Source: Porphyridium purpureum
Taxonomy: Eukaryota
Length of the DNA: 64,000 bases
Direction of reading: 5' to 3'
NCBI GenBank assembly: GCA_008690995.1
Contig: VRMN01000004.1
Coordinates: forward strand, 186,001-250,000
Below, in pieces: positions 1 through 10,896 of the stretch. The position numbers were made by a program, and so were the translations under genes. Positions within the stretch are counted from its first letter, which is position 1; every line of letters starts with the position of its first letter. Below the pieces are notes generated by a model. That model ran no database searches. It saw only the letters and a program-made list of their open reading frames with translations, and was not told the origin of the DNA.

Positions 1-1
1 C

Positions 2-2104
2 AGTCGTGAATTTGTTGCAAAATGGGAGCAAGTCGTACGTGAGACCGGTTCGCTCAATGAACTGGATGAGAAAAGCCTGGCCACTGCTTTTTGGGCCATT
101 GGGCGAAATCGCACCGCAGCGTATTCCAAGGATATTCTACAAGCGCTGTCGAATCGGTTTGAGAAAGTCAGTGCGCAAGCCTCGGACCAGTGCGTGACTT
201 TATTCCTTTGGAGTCTGACGCAAGTGATGTTCGTTCCTTCTGCAAGCAATCTAGAAGCGTGGAGTGTCGCCTTCGTACGGAACGCGTCTGTTATGAATGC
301 CGATGCGCTGACCAAGGTGGTAGACAGCCTTGGCAGGCTGGGGAAGGTAAACGCGGGGTCCTCAGTTGAGGAGCGTGTGATGCCAGTCTGGTTTGCAGCT
401 TGGGAAGAGACCGTGAGCAAAGACCGTTTTGACGTAATTGACCTATGCGCGTGTCTGAATGCTATATCAAAGTTAGCGATCCGCCCTTCTCCGGAATGGC
501 TTGAGAAGTGGACGCAGGCTTTCGAACGGCAGGTGCCCACCTCAAAAGTTCGCCAGCGTGAGCTCACGATGTCGTTAAGCGCACTGCATCGTCTGCAAGT
601 TTCTCCGCCGCCGTCGTTTTTCCGCGCATGGTACGCGGCTTTAGCACGTCACTTGCCGTCTCTCCCGGAGCAGATGGTTGCGTTTGCGTACTGGGGACCC
701 TGGAAGTACTCATCCGAGTGGCACATCACTCAGCAAGAGTTTGTGGAAGGATTTCAATCCGCGTTCGTGGACATGAGCCCATCTATGAACGCGCAGCAGG
801 TCTCCGACTGTATTTGGGCGCTTGGGAAGGCCAATATGCAGCCGTCCAGGGCATTCATGGACGCATGGCTGGTGGCGTTTGAGCGAGTGCAAGATAGATG
901 CAGTGCACAGCAATTATGCGCTATGCTTTGGGCAATGGGTAAGTGCAGTAGGGCCGTGCTTGCACCAGCTGAGCAGGCTTCATTCTTGGACCTGTGGTAC
1001 GCATGTTTTGAGCGCGAAGAGTCAGGCTTCGTCCTGAATTTTTACAGTATGTGCTTGCTTTCTTTCGCACGACTCCAGACTGAAGACGCAGGCGAAGTAT
1101 CTCCTTTGCGGGACTCGTTTGTCAAAGCCTTCGAGGACTGTTTTGTTGCTGAATCGGCATCTATTAACAGCCAAATTCTCGCCAATGTCATGCACGCATG
1201 CGCAAAGCTTCATCTCATGCCGCGAGCAGACATGCTACGAGTCTGGTTTGACCGTTTCGTCGAGCTTGCCGAGACGGATTCTTCGCGAGCCTCCGTCTTT
1301 AAGCCGCAGGAATTAAGCATGCAGTTATGGGGCCTAGCGAAACTGGACATTGACATACGCACAATATATGATCCGACAGCGCCAGCCTTCCTGGACAGCT
1401 GGTGCTCCTGCTTTGAGCGCAACGCGGGTCTTTTTCAAGGTCATCACGTGGCAATCATCATGTGGGCGTTCGCACACTGGAGCCACAGTTTCGACATCAA
1501 ATCTATTCTTCCTGAATCATTTCAAGTCGCGTGGCGCACAGAATGCGCGCGCGCCGCGTCGTCCATGAGTCCCATTTCAGTCTCTCAGACGCTCTGGCCT
1601 TTGGGTCGGCTCGAGGCGGCAACCATGTCCCTCGTTTCGCCACAGCTGATGAACGCGCTTCTCGATGCCTTTGCGCGATGCGTGAAGCGAATGGATTCGC
1701 AAGAGATGGTGAACTCCTTGTGGGGCTGTGCCCGGATGGGACCTCACCTCGATTTCCCGGACACGCTGATGATCGACTGGTTTTATCACGCTTCCAAGAA
1801 CTTGCCGTCGTTCAATCCACACGAGCTTTCGAACAGCTTATACGCACTGGCACGCCTTCAGAGGGCACCAACCGAATCGTTTCTGTCGTTGTGGATGCGC
1901 TGTTTCGCGGTGCGCAAATCTGAATTCAGTGCACAGCACCTTGTACTCGCTCTGTGGGCGCTAGCAACGCTTGAATTTCGCATCTTGCCGGATGATTTTC
2001 GGCGCGACTGGTGTCGCCAGTTTATCCGCAGCAACGAAACGTTGTCCTCGGACTATTTACCGATGGCCGTTTCGTCCATGAAACATTTTGACATTTTGCG
2101 ATAG
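2..2104 (+). CDS. Octotricopeptide-repeat (OPR/FAST-like) helical-repeat RNA-binding protein, 5'-partial
   Basis: Frame is open from base 2 (SREFVAKWEQ...), so the start lies upstream of the window. Recurrent ~38-40 aa units: MNAQQVSDCIWALGKA, FKPQELSMQLWGLAKL, MDSQEMVNSLWGCARM, FNPHELSNSLYALARL, FSAQHLVLALWALATL. Confidence 0.8.
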   Translation, partial: SREFVAKWEQVVRETGSLNELDEKSLATAFWAIGRNRTAAYSKDILQALSNRFEKVSAQASDQCVTLFLWSLTQVMFVPSASNLEAWSVAFVRNASVMNADALTKVVDSLGRLGKVNAGSSVEERVMPVWFAAWEETVSKDRFDVIDLCACLNAISKLAIRPSPEWLEKWTQAFERQVPTSKVRQRELTMSLSALHRLQVSPPPSFFRAWYAALARHLPSLPEQMVAFAYWGPWKYSSEWHITQQEFVEGFQSAFVDMSPSMNAQQVSDCIWALGKANMQPSRAFMDAWLVAFERVQDRCSAQQLCAMLWAMGKCSRAVLAPAEQASFLDLWYACFEREESGFVLNFYSMCLLSFARLQTEDAGEVSPLRDSFVKAFEDCFVAESASINSQILANVMHACAKLHLMPRADMLRVWFDRFVELAETDSSRASVFKPQELSMQLWGLAKLDIDIRTIYDPTAPAFLDSWCSCFERNAGLFQGHHVAIIMWAFAHWSHSFDIKSILPESFQVAWRTECARAASSMSPISVSQTLWPLGRLEAATMSLVSPQLMNALLDAFARCVKRMDSQEMVNSLWGCARMGPHLDFPDTLMIDWFYHASKNLPSFNPHELSNSLYALARLQRAPTESFLSLWMRCFAVRKSEFSAQHLVLALWALATLEFRILPDDFRRDWCRQFIRSNETLSSDYLPMAVSSMKHFDILR

Positions 2105-2115
2105 TGTATGCTGCT

Positions 2116-2553
2116 TCACGGGAACTCGTAGTACGCCAGTACATAATTCGTTAGTGCCTTTTTGATCTCGCGCAGTTCATGTACCATCTCCATGATGAGC
2201 GCTTCGTCGTGCACGCATCGCCTCAGCCGCTCGCGAAATAATCTGATCTCACGTCCTGTCGTCAAAAAGTCGAGCCTACAAGTCGTCACCTTTAGCGCCG
2301 TTTTGCCCGCGATCTCGGCACCGGTGGCCTCTTCGCAATCGCTCGCCCCTGTTGTGTCTCTGCTGGACAGGGAAAGTTGGACCGAGTCCCTGTGCATCAA
2401 CGTCTGCTGTGCGGCCTCGCGGCGCTCTTTCAACACACACAATTCTGCTCGGTGTGCGGTGACGCGCGCCTCGTACACTGCAAGCGCGCGTGTCTTGCGC
2501 CGCAGCGCGTGTGCCTGTTCCAGCAACTCTTGCAGTGGAACACACGCCGTCAT
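2116..2553 (-). CDS. Hypothetical small coiled-coil protein
   Basis: ATG-initiated 145 aa ORF that fills the gap between neighbours, with heptad-like E/R/L-rich helices. No family recognised. Confidence 0.4.
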   Translation of the reverse strand: MTACVPLQELLEQAHALRRKTRALAVYEARVTAHRAELCVLKERREAAQQTLMHRDSVQLSLSSRDTTGASDCEEATGAEIAGKTALKVTTCRLDFLTTGREIRLFRERLRRCVHDEALIMEMVHELREIKKALTNYVLAYYEFP

Positions 2554-2678
2554 TGTTCTCTTCTCGCTGTCTTAGTCTCGTGTTCGTGCTGGCTTGTCAA
2601 GTGAGGACTAGGACGAGCGAGTGACAAGGGCGCGGTTTGGATCGGACGGAGCTCGCGGCTCGCGCACAACGAAGGAAG

Positions 2679-3374
2679 ATGGGGGTAGGGAGTGTAGGCC
2701 CGCTGGACAAGGCGGCTGCGTTGCTTGCGAGCCGGATTGCAGCGGTGGGAGCGGAAAAGGCGTCGCGGGTGGCGAATGCGTCGTACGTCCCGCGCCAAGC
2801 GGCATGGAAAGTGAACGGGCGAGTGATTCCGCGCAAAGTGACGGTGAATCGGGAGGAGGTTGAAGCCGCCATTGCGCGCCTACCGCCTGAGTTTAAGCGA
2901 ACCAAACTGCCCAGCGGGAAGTGGTTGCGCGCGAAATGGAGCAAGCTGAAAATTTCCCGGTTAAGGCGGAAGTTTGAGCGTCTGGGGAAGGAGTGGCCGT
3001 GGCACGTGCCCAAGAAGATTGTGCACTACAATGTGCCGTTGAAAGGGACCATTCAGGAGCGAACCAGGGAGGCTAGGTTGAAACTTATTGAGGAAAACAT
3101 GCGCAAGATGCCGCAATGGATCGCCGAGTACCGCGCAGAGCGTGCGGCATTGCCCAAGAAGTGGAAGGAGGGAACGCCCGCGCTGGCGATCAGACTGCGG
3201 GGCGGCACCTTGGTCGAGATTGACGACGCGGAGAAACGGAAGATCAAAGAGCAGGCCGCCATGCTTCGCACGTTTGTCCAATCGATGCGTGAGAAGGAGA
3301 CGACGGCGTCGGCACCTGATTCCAAATCGCCAAAGGAGACGGAATCCGCGCCAGACAAGACCGCGGCCCATTAA
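2679..3374 (+). CDS. Mitochondrial ribosomal protein mL59 (yeast MrpL25-like)
   Basis: First ATG at 2679. GKWLRAKWSKLKISRLRRK and PLKGTIQERTREARLKLIEENMRKMPQWIAEYR resemble the mL59 pattern KG..ER....R...I...M..MP..I..W/Y. Confidence 0.7.
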   Translation: MGVGSVGPLDKAAALLASRIAAVGAEKASRVANASYVPRQAAWKVNGRVIPRKVTVNREEVEAAIARLPPEFKRTKLPSGKWLRAKWSKLKISRLRRKFERLGKEWPWHVPKKIVHYNVPLKGTIQERTREARLKLIEENMRKMPQWIAEYRAERAALPKKWKEGTPALAIRLRGGTLVEIDDAEKRKIKEQAAMLRTFVQSMREKETTASAPDSKSPKETESAPDKTAAH

Positions 3375-3780
3375 GGCGAGCGCAGTCCCGACGGCGCGGA
3401 TGTGCATCTCTGTGTGCATGCATGTACCTTCGTCTGCCACGCACTACCTTTGCCGTGGCGCCTCAGGCGGCCCGGCCGGCAGCACGAAAACTGTCGCCAG
3501 TGCCGCTCAGCAAGTGGTTTAACGGCTCATCGGTCTCTCGTTAACATCGGTTTATCGGTTCAAACCTGGACTGGATTCTGTCAGCAGCTGCAGCAGCCGG
3601 GCAGTCGAAGCGCGTCGGGCACGTCTTGGAGGAGCTTGGAAGGTTTCGCGGGCGCGGAAAACGCGATTCGAGACGCGCACAGAGAGAACGCGGACGACGC
3701 ACGCAAGGGACAGTGTTGAGCGGGCTCTTCAGCTGCGCGCGATCGAGTCGCAGAGGTGGAAGAAAAGACGCCGTTGTGTG

Positions 3781-5034
3781 ATGGGGTGGGCTCAGGTGGA
3801 AAAGTCGAGCCAAGAGCGTTTCTACGCAAAGTATACGCTCAAGGTGGGCGAGCACGATCTGCACTTTGCTCAGCTCGGCGCTTCGGATGTTGGGCTGTCG
3901 GTGTGGGATGGCGGTATCATTCTTGCGCAGCACGTGATCTGGATGCATGAGAATGGATTCATAGACATGCGCGCGAAGACCGTCGTGGAGCTAGGATCGG
4001 GTACAGGGATTGTCGGCATGGTTTGTGCGCTGCTGGGCGCGAAGCACTCCGTGATGACAGATATACCGGGCCAGGTGCTTGATTTGCTGCAAAAGAACAT
4101 AGACGAAAACCAAGCGCGACTGCAGGTACCCTATCTGGGAACTGCAGCGCCGCTTGATTGGTTTGTTCCGGAGCAGGCGCTTGCTATCAAGGAAAAGTAT
4201 CCCAATATTGACTATATCATTGCTGGCGAAATCACGTATCGTGAAGAGCTTGTGGGCCCGCTGTTGAACACACTGGAAGCTTTGTGCGGTCTGCCTTCAC
4301 AGGATTCTGGTCAAGCGAACCCAGCGGCAGCCTCGCCAGTGATTCTCATGTCACATGGTGTTCATCGAGTGACTCCGCTGATCCATTTTTTCCGGCACGT
4401 GACCACGACCATGCAGTATCACATTCAGGTGCGACCGAAAAAGGAACTCCCCCGCGAGTATCGAAACAACAAGACCTACGTGAAACACTTGACGCGTTTA
4501 TCGAACAACCAGGCGTCCGTGTCTGGAGGCGATGAAGGTTTGGTCGGCCACTGGGAGATTCCAAACGCAAGCGATAAAACGACCGAGTCACTACTGACGC
4601 GCTTGCAGCATTGCATGGAGAGCAAGGCGCACATACTGCAAAACATTGGAGCGCTGGAATGGGAGATGTGTGAGCAGAGCGCGCTACTTGCGGGCTCCTT
4701 TTGGAGCCGGGCGCCGTCGGCTGGAGGTCAGGAAGGTAGCGTGCCGCGATCCACCTCACACGATCACTTGCGCTCGCTGCAGACGCTGCCCGAGCGCGTC
4801 GCCACGCTTCTGCAGGAGTTTGGGCAACTGGAATGGGAGACATGTGAAATCCTTGCCTTGTTAGAGGTACCGGTGCGTTCGCACAGCGAGATGTTTGAGA
4901 AGTCGCACAGTCTCGTTGAGGTACCAGAAGTCTTTGAGCAGCTGCGCATTGCCGCTGGAGCATCCCCCACCAGGCCAAATGCAGGAGAAGTTTCTTTTGC
5001 CGCGTTCGAGCCCGGTGAGTCTGGTTCCTTGTAG
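3781..5034 (+). CDS. METTL21/Methyltransf_16-family protein-lysine methyltransferase with C-terminal extension
   Basis: GLSVWDGGIILA, VVELGSGTGIVG (motif I), VMTD, LDW, and DYIIAGEITY (DxxY-like). Confidence 0.85.
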   Translation: MGWAQVEKSSQERFYAKYTLKVGEHDLHFAQLGASDVGLSVWDGGIILAQHVIWMHENGFIDMRAKTVVELGSGTGIVGMVCALLGAKHSVMTDIPGQVLDLLQKNIDENQARLQVPYLGTAAPLDWFVPEQALAIKEKYPNIDYIIAGEITYREELVGPLLNTLEALCGLPSQDSGQANPAAASPVILMSHGVHRVTPLIHFFRHVTTTMQYHIQVRPKKELPREYRNNKTYVKHLTRLSNNQASVSGGDEGLVGHWEIPNASDKTTESLLTRLQHCMESKAHILQNIGALEWEMCEQSALLAGSFWSRAPSAGGQEGSVPRSTSHDHLRSLQTLPERVATLLQEFGQLEWETCEILALLEVPVRSHSEMFEKSHSLVEVPEVFEQLRIAAGASPTRPNAGEVSFAAFEPGESGSL

Positions 5035-5343
5035 TGGAACTCGGCTGCGATAATTTATTTCTCGTGCCGGCCTTGGGCATATCCTTTGTTTCGAGGTGAT
5101 TCCTCTTTGCGAATGGCCTGCCGCGTCAAAGAATCTGACGGAATAATAGAGCACCTAGACGCTGCAATGCTTTTTAAGCCACGCGCCTCGTCTGTAGGGC
5201 TTCAGCAGGCAGTCTGCCTGTCCGCTTGACGTGCTTTTGAACAAGCCCGCTTCAGTGCATCATCCTGGGCACGCACTTTCCGCCCTTAAAGGCGTCGGCT
5301 CATTGTAAAAGTGACTTTCACTCTTCTAAATCGAGCAATCCTG

Positions 5344-8304
5344 TCACTTCCAGGTCAAGCCATTCTGGGCAATTCTGCCTATGAGCGGGATATACTTGTC
5401 CAGAGGATCGCCTCGGCACGGAAACTCGACCAAACGCTCCGGTCGTGTGCGGTTATCTCCGTGCGCATAAATGCAATCGAGAGACTTCAGCGCCGAGTCA
5501 TCGTCCACACGGTACATCCACGTTCCACGGCAATGCTCCGTGCGTGGTATCTCTTTGTACTTGATCCCGTCAAATTGCTCGTACAGCGCGCGACGAAATG
5601 CCGGTTGGTCGTGCTTTATGGTCGGATTGTGCACGAGCTGTTCAAGGTAGAAACGCGAGTACTTGTCGAGTAGCTCGCGCATCGCCGGTACATGCTTATT
5701 GTACACAATCAGTCCCGTGTTGCGCTCAAAAAACTTGACGGGAATCGTCGTGCCGTTCGCAGTAATATCTGCACCGAGGTCTCCACCGCCATTTTGCTTG
5801 TCGTCCGTAATACGCAGGTCGAAAGAGCCATCCAGCACGCTTCGCACGTGCTCAGCCATACCCTGCGCGTCGCAGGCATAAATATCAGAGTCCACGTACA
5901 GCGTAACATCGTACGGGGACTGCCGAATCGCTGCGATTTTCATGGCCCACTTGTCGCGCTTCGTACCAGCATTTGGATGCTTGCAGCAGCCCGTACTGCA
6001 ACACGACGGTAAGCTGTACTGCTCCACCGTCTCAACGAGCTGCGTATGATCCAGCAAGACGACTTTGTCGAATGGCCAGCTCATCGAGTGCGGCGGATCT
6101 CGACTCCAGTGGGCGGCGAGGTGCTCCATGGTCTTAGCAGTTGTGAACAATGTGATTGGCACCTTCCATGGCTCATGAATTCCAGGAATACCAATGGCCT
6201 GAATACGCGTGAACGTGGTAATGGCTTCCATCTGCCGTGCCACGCCAGCGTTCGGCGCGACAATGTACGTCACCACGCCCATTGGTGCCGATCCACGAGG
6301 TAAGAATCCCGTGTATTCGCCTACCTCGTGCATTTGAGAAATCAGAAGATTAACATCAAAGTGATTCGTGGGCTCAAAGACCAGAAAGTCACCCGGCGTA
6401 GCGCGCACGTCGACTTGTGCCGTGCTTCCGACGACCTGCGCTTGTCCACGGTGTCCGGTCATAATGTCTGATAAAGATGATGGGCGTTGAAATGACTTTG
6501 CCTCCACGGGTTCTCGTCCTTGAGCTTGTCCATGCGAAAGCAATTGTGTCAGGGCATGTGCTGATGCCAGACGATCTGGAGCTTGGTCTGAACGCGCTCG
6601 GAGTCCTCCCAGGGGAGAACGGTGACGACCATCACTGTCGCTTGCCCCAGGTCGCGAAAAACCAACGCCAACGCTGCCACTATTTGAAGACTCGTGACGG
6701 CTCGGACTGGCAGATAGATCTCCTCCGGTTGCAAAGCTGTCACGGCCACCATCCTCAACATCAGGTGAATCCGCACGTCTATTCGCGTCCGCGAATGTAC
6801 TAGACCCCGCACTGTTGACAACCGGAGCAACATCCGGGCGTAATGCAGGATTGTCAAGCGAATTCGCCGCACCGGTACCGGCACTGGTACCAACGCCCGC
6901 GCTAGAGCTCGCCCCTGTCACATCTGATGTTGAGTTACTTTGAGTGCCTGATTGTCCTAGAAAGCCTGAAAAGCCGCTGAAAGACGAGGAAGCGAGGCTT
7001 GGTACGGCGTCCTCGGGCTGACTATCGTCAGATGAGCCCACATTCGACTGGCTTTTGGCCAGATATTTGAATGGGTCCTCTGACGACGCATCTTTTCCTG
7101 CAGCCGGCCTCTGAACGGCCCCCGAGTCCTCAGCATTGGTCAAAAGAGAGCTTCCCGGGTTTGCTCTCGAGACGGTGTCCATCGCAGCTCCGTCTTTCTG
7201 CCAAGCATTATTGGCACCATCTGCGCGAAGACTGTCTATTACACGTTGGTTCAATCCGGCCGTACTGCTTGTTCCTACGCTTGGGTTTCTAGCAGCCGCG
7301 CGCTCTGTCGAATCCTCTCCATTCGAAAAAGGTTGATTCGCTAGGTGCTTTAGAATGTCCCGTGGAGAGGCCTTTCCCTCTATTGACAATGCATGCACTC
7401 CCTCTTCAGACGGCACACGTGGCTCGCTTCCAGGCGCGTCCCGAGCAAGGTTTTCACCGCGTATCCTTTCGTCTTCTGCATTTGCATGACGATTCCTATC
7501 CCACGAGGCCAAACGCACTGGCGGCTGTTTTGCTTCAATTTCGGCGGTCACTTGTCGTCTCTCCTGCATCTGCTCTTGGGCGCCCGGTTTTACTGGGGGT
7601 GCAAAGGGCCGATCTAGTCCCTCGGCCTCTGATCGACTCTGAGGCTCTGATGGGCGGTCCGGCGAAGGAGTCTCGCGCGCCGCCGCCCGGATGTTCGCTG
7701 CATCCTCGTTTGTCGTGGAAGCTTGTTTCGGCAAATCGCTGTTTGACTCTGTTCCCATACTTGCGTCTTGTATGGACTCGTGTAGCTCAAAAGCTTGTCG
7801 AGCCTGCTCTTCGTAAGTCAGCGAAGTCAGACTTGGAAGTGACTTGAGCGCGAGAAGGAGCAGCACTAGGAAGAACAAACATACCACAAGCGCGACCACA
7901 TGCTGGTGGTGATTCTTAACGCCCAATCCGCGCAATTTGAGACGCAGCCAGTTTTTCCATGTCTGGGGTTGCAGCGCCGAGGGCAATGATTTCCCCGCGG
8001 CTGCATACGCGTGTGGCGAGTATGTGTCTGGCTGCTGCGAATAGTATCTCTGATACCCATTCGTGTAGCCATTTCCGTTTGCATACGCGGCCGGAGCCGC
8101 GGCATACATGGCAGTACCACTTGCGTGCGCACTTGACTCGTACGGTGCGTTCGGGTACGCCGCGAGCTGCGGGCCTAGCGCGGCGGCAGGCGCCCCCCAC
8201 GCCTCAGTTGTCAACGGCGCGCCACCCGCGCGCTGGAACGCTGTCTGCTGGCTCACGCCTCGCGGCGGACGATACGGCTGCGGCATCCCGCCATACGGCT
8301 CCAT
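5344..8304 (-). CDS. Type II membrane glycosyltransferase-like protein (GT-A, nucleotide-diphospho-sugar transferase-like C-terminal domain)
   Basis: Likely ATG at 8304 (MEPYGG; ORF open to 8520). Single TM VVALVVCLFFLVLLLLAL, long S/G/A-rich stem, then KIAAIRQSPYDVTLYVDSD (DxD), ERNTGLIVY and HDQPAFRRALY. Confidence 0.7.
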   Translation of the reverse strand: MEPYGGMPQPYRPPRGVSQQTAFQRAGGAPLTTEAWGAPAAALGPQLAAYPNAPYESSAHASGTAMYAAAPAAYANGNGYTNGYQRYYSQQPDTYSPHAYAAAGKSLPSALQPQTWKNWLRLKLRGLGVKNHHQHVVALVVCLFFLVLLLLALKSLPSLTSLTYEEQARQAFELHESIQDASMGTESNSDLPKQASTTNEDAANIRAAARETPSPDRPSEPQSRSEAEGLDRPFAPPVKPGAQEQMQERRQVTAEIEAKQPPVRLASWDRNRHANAEDERIRGENLARDAPGSEPRVPSEEGVHALSIEGKASPRDILKHLANQPFSNGEDSTERAAARNPSVGTSSTAGLNQRVIDSLRADGANNAWQKDGAAMDTVSRANPGSSLLTNAEDSGAVQRPAAGKDASSEDPFKYLAKSQSNVGSSDDSQPEDAVPSLASSSFSGFSGFLGQSGTQSNSTSDVTGASSSAGVGTSAGTGAANSLDNPALRPDVAPVVNSAGSSTFADANRRADSPDVEDGGRDSFATGGDLSASPSRHESSNSGSVGVGFSRPGASDSDGRHRSPLGGLRARSDQAPDRLASAHALTQLLSHGQAQGREPVEAKSFQRPSSLSDIMTGHRGQAQVVGSTAQVDVRATPGDFLVFEPTNHFDVNLLISQMHEVGEYTGFLPRGSAPMGVVTYIVAPNAGVARQMEAITTFTRIQAIGIPGIHEPWKVPITLFTTAKTMEHLAAHWSRDPPHSMSWPFDKVVLLDHTQLVETVEQYSLPSCCSTGCCKHPNAGTKRDKWAMKIAAIRQSPYDVTLYVDSDIYACDAQGMAEHVRSVLDGSFDLRITDDKQNGGGDLGADITANGTTIPVKFFERNTGLIVYNKHVPAMRELLDKYSRFYLEQLVHNPTIKHDQPAFRRALYEQFDGIKYKEIPRTEHCRGTWMYRVDDDSALKSLDCIYAHGDNRTRPERLVEFPCRGDPLDKYIPLIGRIAQNGLTWK

Positions 8305-9159
8305 GCTTCCATCCACACGCCGCCTTCCTCTTTCTCCGCACGCCACTTTGTGTCCCGCGCGCAGTCGCTTGTCACTTCTCACTCCGCGCGCACGAGTCAC
8401 ACGCGCGCAGTTTTTTAACCCATTTCTTGCGCCATTTTTTAACACATTCCGTGTCCGCCATGAACTGTACACCCACTGAACACAGATCAATCGAACTCTG
8501 CAAAGTCGAATCTTGGCCATGAGCCGGATGGATGTGCTTCTTCACACCACTTCGCCAAGCTCGAGCACCGCAGCAAAGCATGAGGCGCTCAACTTTGAGC
8601 GACGCGGTCACGCTCTACACAGATTGCGCCGTGCCTCGCACCGCTCAGAAACATGCCGGCTGCCACACAGCTGCGACCACCGCCTGTTGTCCCATGGCCG
8701 CGACGCCGCCGCGCTCAAGGGTACAGACCGAGCGCTGCAGAGGTGTAGCGAGCGCTGCGATCCTGCGCAGACATGCGCGTACGCGCGACGTCAGCTGCCG
8801 ACGTTGCGGCTGGCTGCGCGTCGCAACAGCATCACGCGTCGCCCGCGCGGCGTTGGGAGCCAAGCGAACAGATGGCCGCGGTAAATAACAGGGTACAGTG
8901 GGAAGGTACAGAAAATGGCGCGAACCGAGTTGGAAAAAAGGCGGGACAGAAAACGCGGGGAAAAGCGCGGGAAGGTGGCGGGCGCCGAGCGGGGAAGACC
9001 GTGCGCGACGAGTGATCTGTGGTACTGACGGACGGAGTAGGGGGGCTGGTTTCGCGCCGAGGACGACGATGCGGCGTGGGTTACACTGGACCAGTGCCGG
9101 GTTGAGCAGAGCTGATTCGTGGTTGAGGGCGTGAGGTTCTGGGTTGGACAGGTGTCAGG

Positions 9160-10896
9160 ATGCGGCAGCTAGGCGTACCGACTATGCTCATGAGGCGTGA
9201 GCTGGGCGTGGGCTCGTCTGCTGCGGGTCGTGGCGGCGCGACGCTGCGCGTGCTGGAGAGTCGCGACGTGCGCACCTTGGCCACGTCGTGCTTGGACACG
9301 TACTACGCGCGGTACGATGAGGATGCCGCGTTTGGCGGTATGGCAGGAAGCAGCGTGGTGCCTCTTGCGCTGGAGTACGCGCTCCATTCGCCGTGGCTCG
9401 CGGTCGGCGACGAGGAAGGCTACGTCACGCTCATGGACACACGCGCAAACGCATGGAATGACGCGTACCAGTCGGCCGCGGCGCTCAAGCTTTCGGTGCA
9501 CTTGAATGCAATTTTCGACGTGCACTGGCTGCAAGACGATGCACGGCTCGCGACAGCTAGCGGCGACTCCACCGTGCGCGTGTTCGACGTGGCATCACAG
9601 ACCGTTCTGCGCACGCTTCACGCACACAAGGGTTCCGTCAAATGCGTGCGCGCCATGCCGTCGCAACCAAACGTGCTGGCGTCTGCGGCGCGTGACGGCA
9701 CCTGCGTTCTGTTCGACACACGCATGAGCCCTGCGGAACAGCCTTATGCGCTGCGCATCGAGGACGCTCATGTGCGCACGCATCAGCCACAAGAACACGC
9801 AGGCGCCCTGTCCCCGTCTGCAGGCGCTGGCATGGATGCCATCTCGGCGACCAGACAGAAACCCACCGCATCGCCGCCACCGTTTAAGAAACGGCGCCGC
9901 TCTAGAATGAGCTCCTCGCATGGTGTCCAGAAAAGCGTCACGTCGCTGGCGTTCCATCAGAACGAGCCTCACATTTTGTACACGGCAGGTGCGGGAGACG
10001 GAGCGTTGAAACTGTGGGACATTCGAAAAGTGACTGATTCGAGTCACGCGCCAAGTGGTGGTCGCCAGAAATCGCCCAAGAATGCCGCAAAGGTCGTGCC
10101 GCTACTCACAGTGATTCCAAGTGTCTCGCAGATTGGATATGGCGCGGCTTGGGCCCCATCGAACAGACGTCTGTACGGCGTGCAGCACGTCGACGTGGAC
10201 CGCACGGGGCGGTATATCCTCGCGAGCTGTACCAACTCGTGTGTGTATGTGTACCACACGCACGCGCCGGATGCCGGGCCTGCGTACATCTTGCATGGCC
10301 ACGACACAACCTCTGGCTCCTTCTACATCCGCAGCCGGTTCAGCCCGGACGGCCAGCACGTGATCTCAGGCTCGGCCGACTCGTGTGCATACGTATGGAA
10401 TCTATCCGACGTACCCGCTACCGGCGCGCTTCTGTCCCCGGCGTACCGGCTGCATGCACATACCGCCGGCGAAGTGTCGGACGTGGCTTGGAGTTCAGCG
10501 CGCAAGCACCAAATAGCCACGTGTGGAGATGATCGCACTGTGCGGGTGTGGCGCACCGAGCGTGAGCGCCAGCTTCAACGCCAGCGTGTCCAGGGCAAGC
10601 CGAATGACTTTGTGCGCAGCGAGCTGCAGGACTCTGAGCGAACAGGCCTGCGGTCCGGCTTTGGCGCCGCGAGCAATGGCGCCATCCCCGACTCACATCC
10701 TGCTGGGACCCACCACGTTCAGCCGCTGCCTGACGCGCACGTCGATTTGACACACGTGTCCAGCCTTCATGCTGTGCGGACGCCGTACAGTCCGAACGCC
10801 AGCGCAATAAGAACCAAGCCCGCGACAAACTTATCAACGAATGCCATCCGCTCCTTCCCGCGACCTCATGGCAGCCAAGCTGCGATGTCACTTTAG
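9160..10896 (+). CDS. DTL: Denticleless/CDT2 WD40 substrate receptor of CRL4
   Basis: LAVGDEEGYVTLMDT, HLNAIFDVHW, LATASGDSTVRVFD, HKGSVK, DGALKLWDIRK, SFYIRSRFSPDG. Confidence 0.9.
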   Translation: MRQLGVPTMLMRRELGVGSSAAGRGGATLRVLESRDVRTLATSCLDTYYARYDEDAAFGGMAGSSVVPLALEYALHSPWLAVGDEEGYVTLMDTRANAWNDAYQSAAALKLSVHLNAIFDVHWLQDDARLATASGDSTVRVFDVASQTVLRTLHAHKGSVKCVRAMPSQPNVLASAARDGTCVLFDTRMSPAEQPYALRIEDAHVRTHQPQEHAGALSPSAGAGMDAISATRQKPTASPPPFKKRRRSRMSSSHGVQKSVTSLAFHQNEPHILYTAGAGDGALKLWDIRKVTDSSHAPSGGRQKSPKNAAKVVPLLTVIPSVSQIGYGAAWAPSNRRLYGVQHVDVDRTGRYILASCTNSCVYVYHTHAPDAGPAYILHGHDTTSGSFYIRSRFSPDGQHVISGSADSCAYVWNLSDVPATGALLSPAYRLHAHTAGEVSDVAWSSARKHQIATCGDDRTVRVWRTERERQLQRQRVQGKPNDFVRSELQDSERTGLRSGFGAASNGAIPDSHPAGTHHVQPLPDAHVDLTHVSSLHAVRTPYSPNASAIRTKPATNLSTNAIRSFPRPHGSQAAMSL

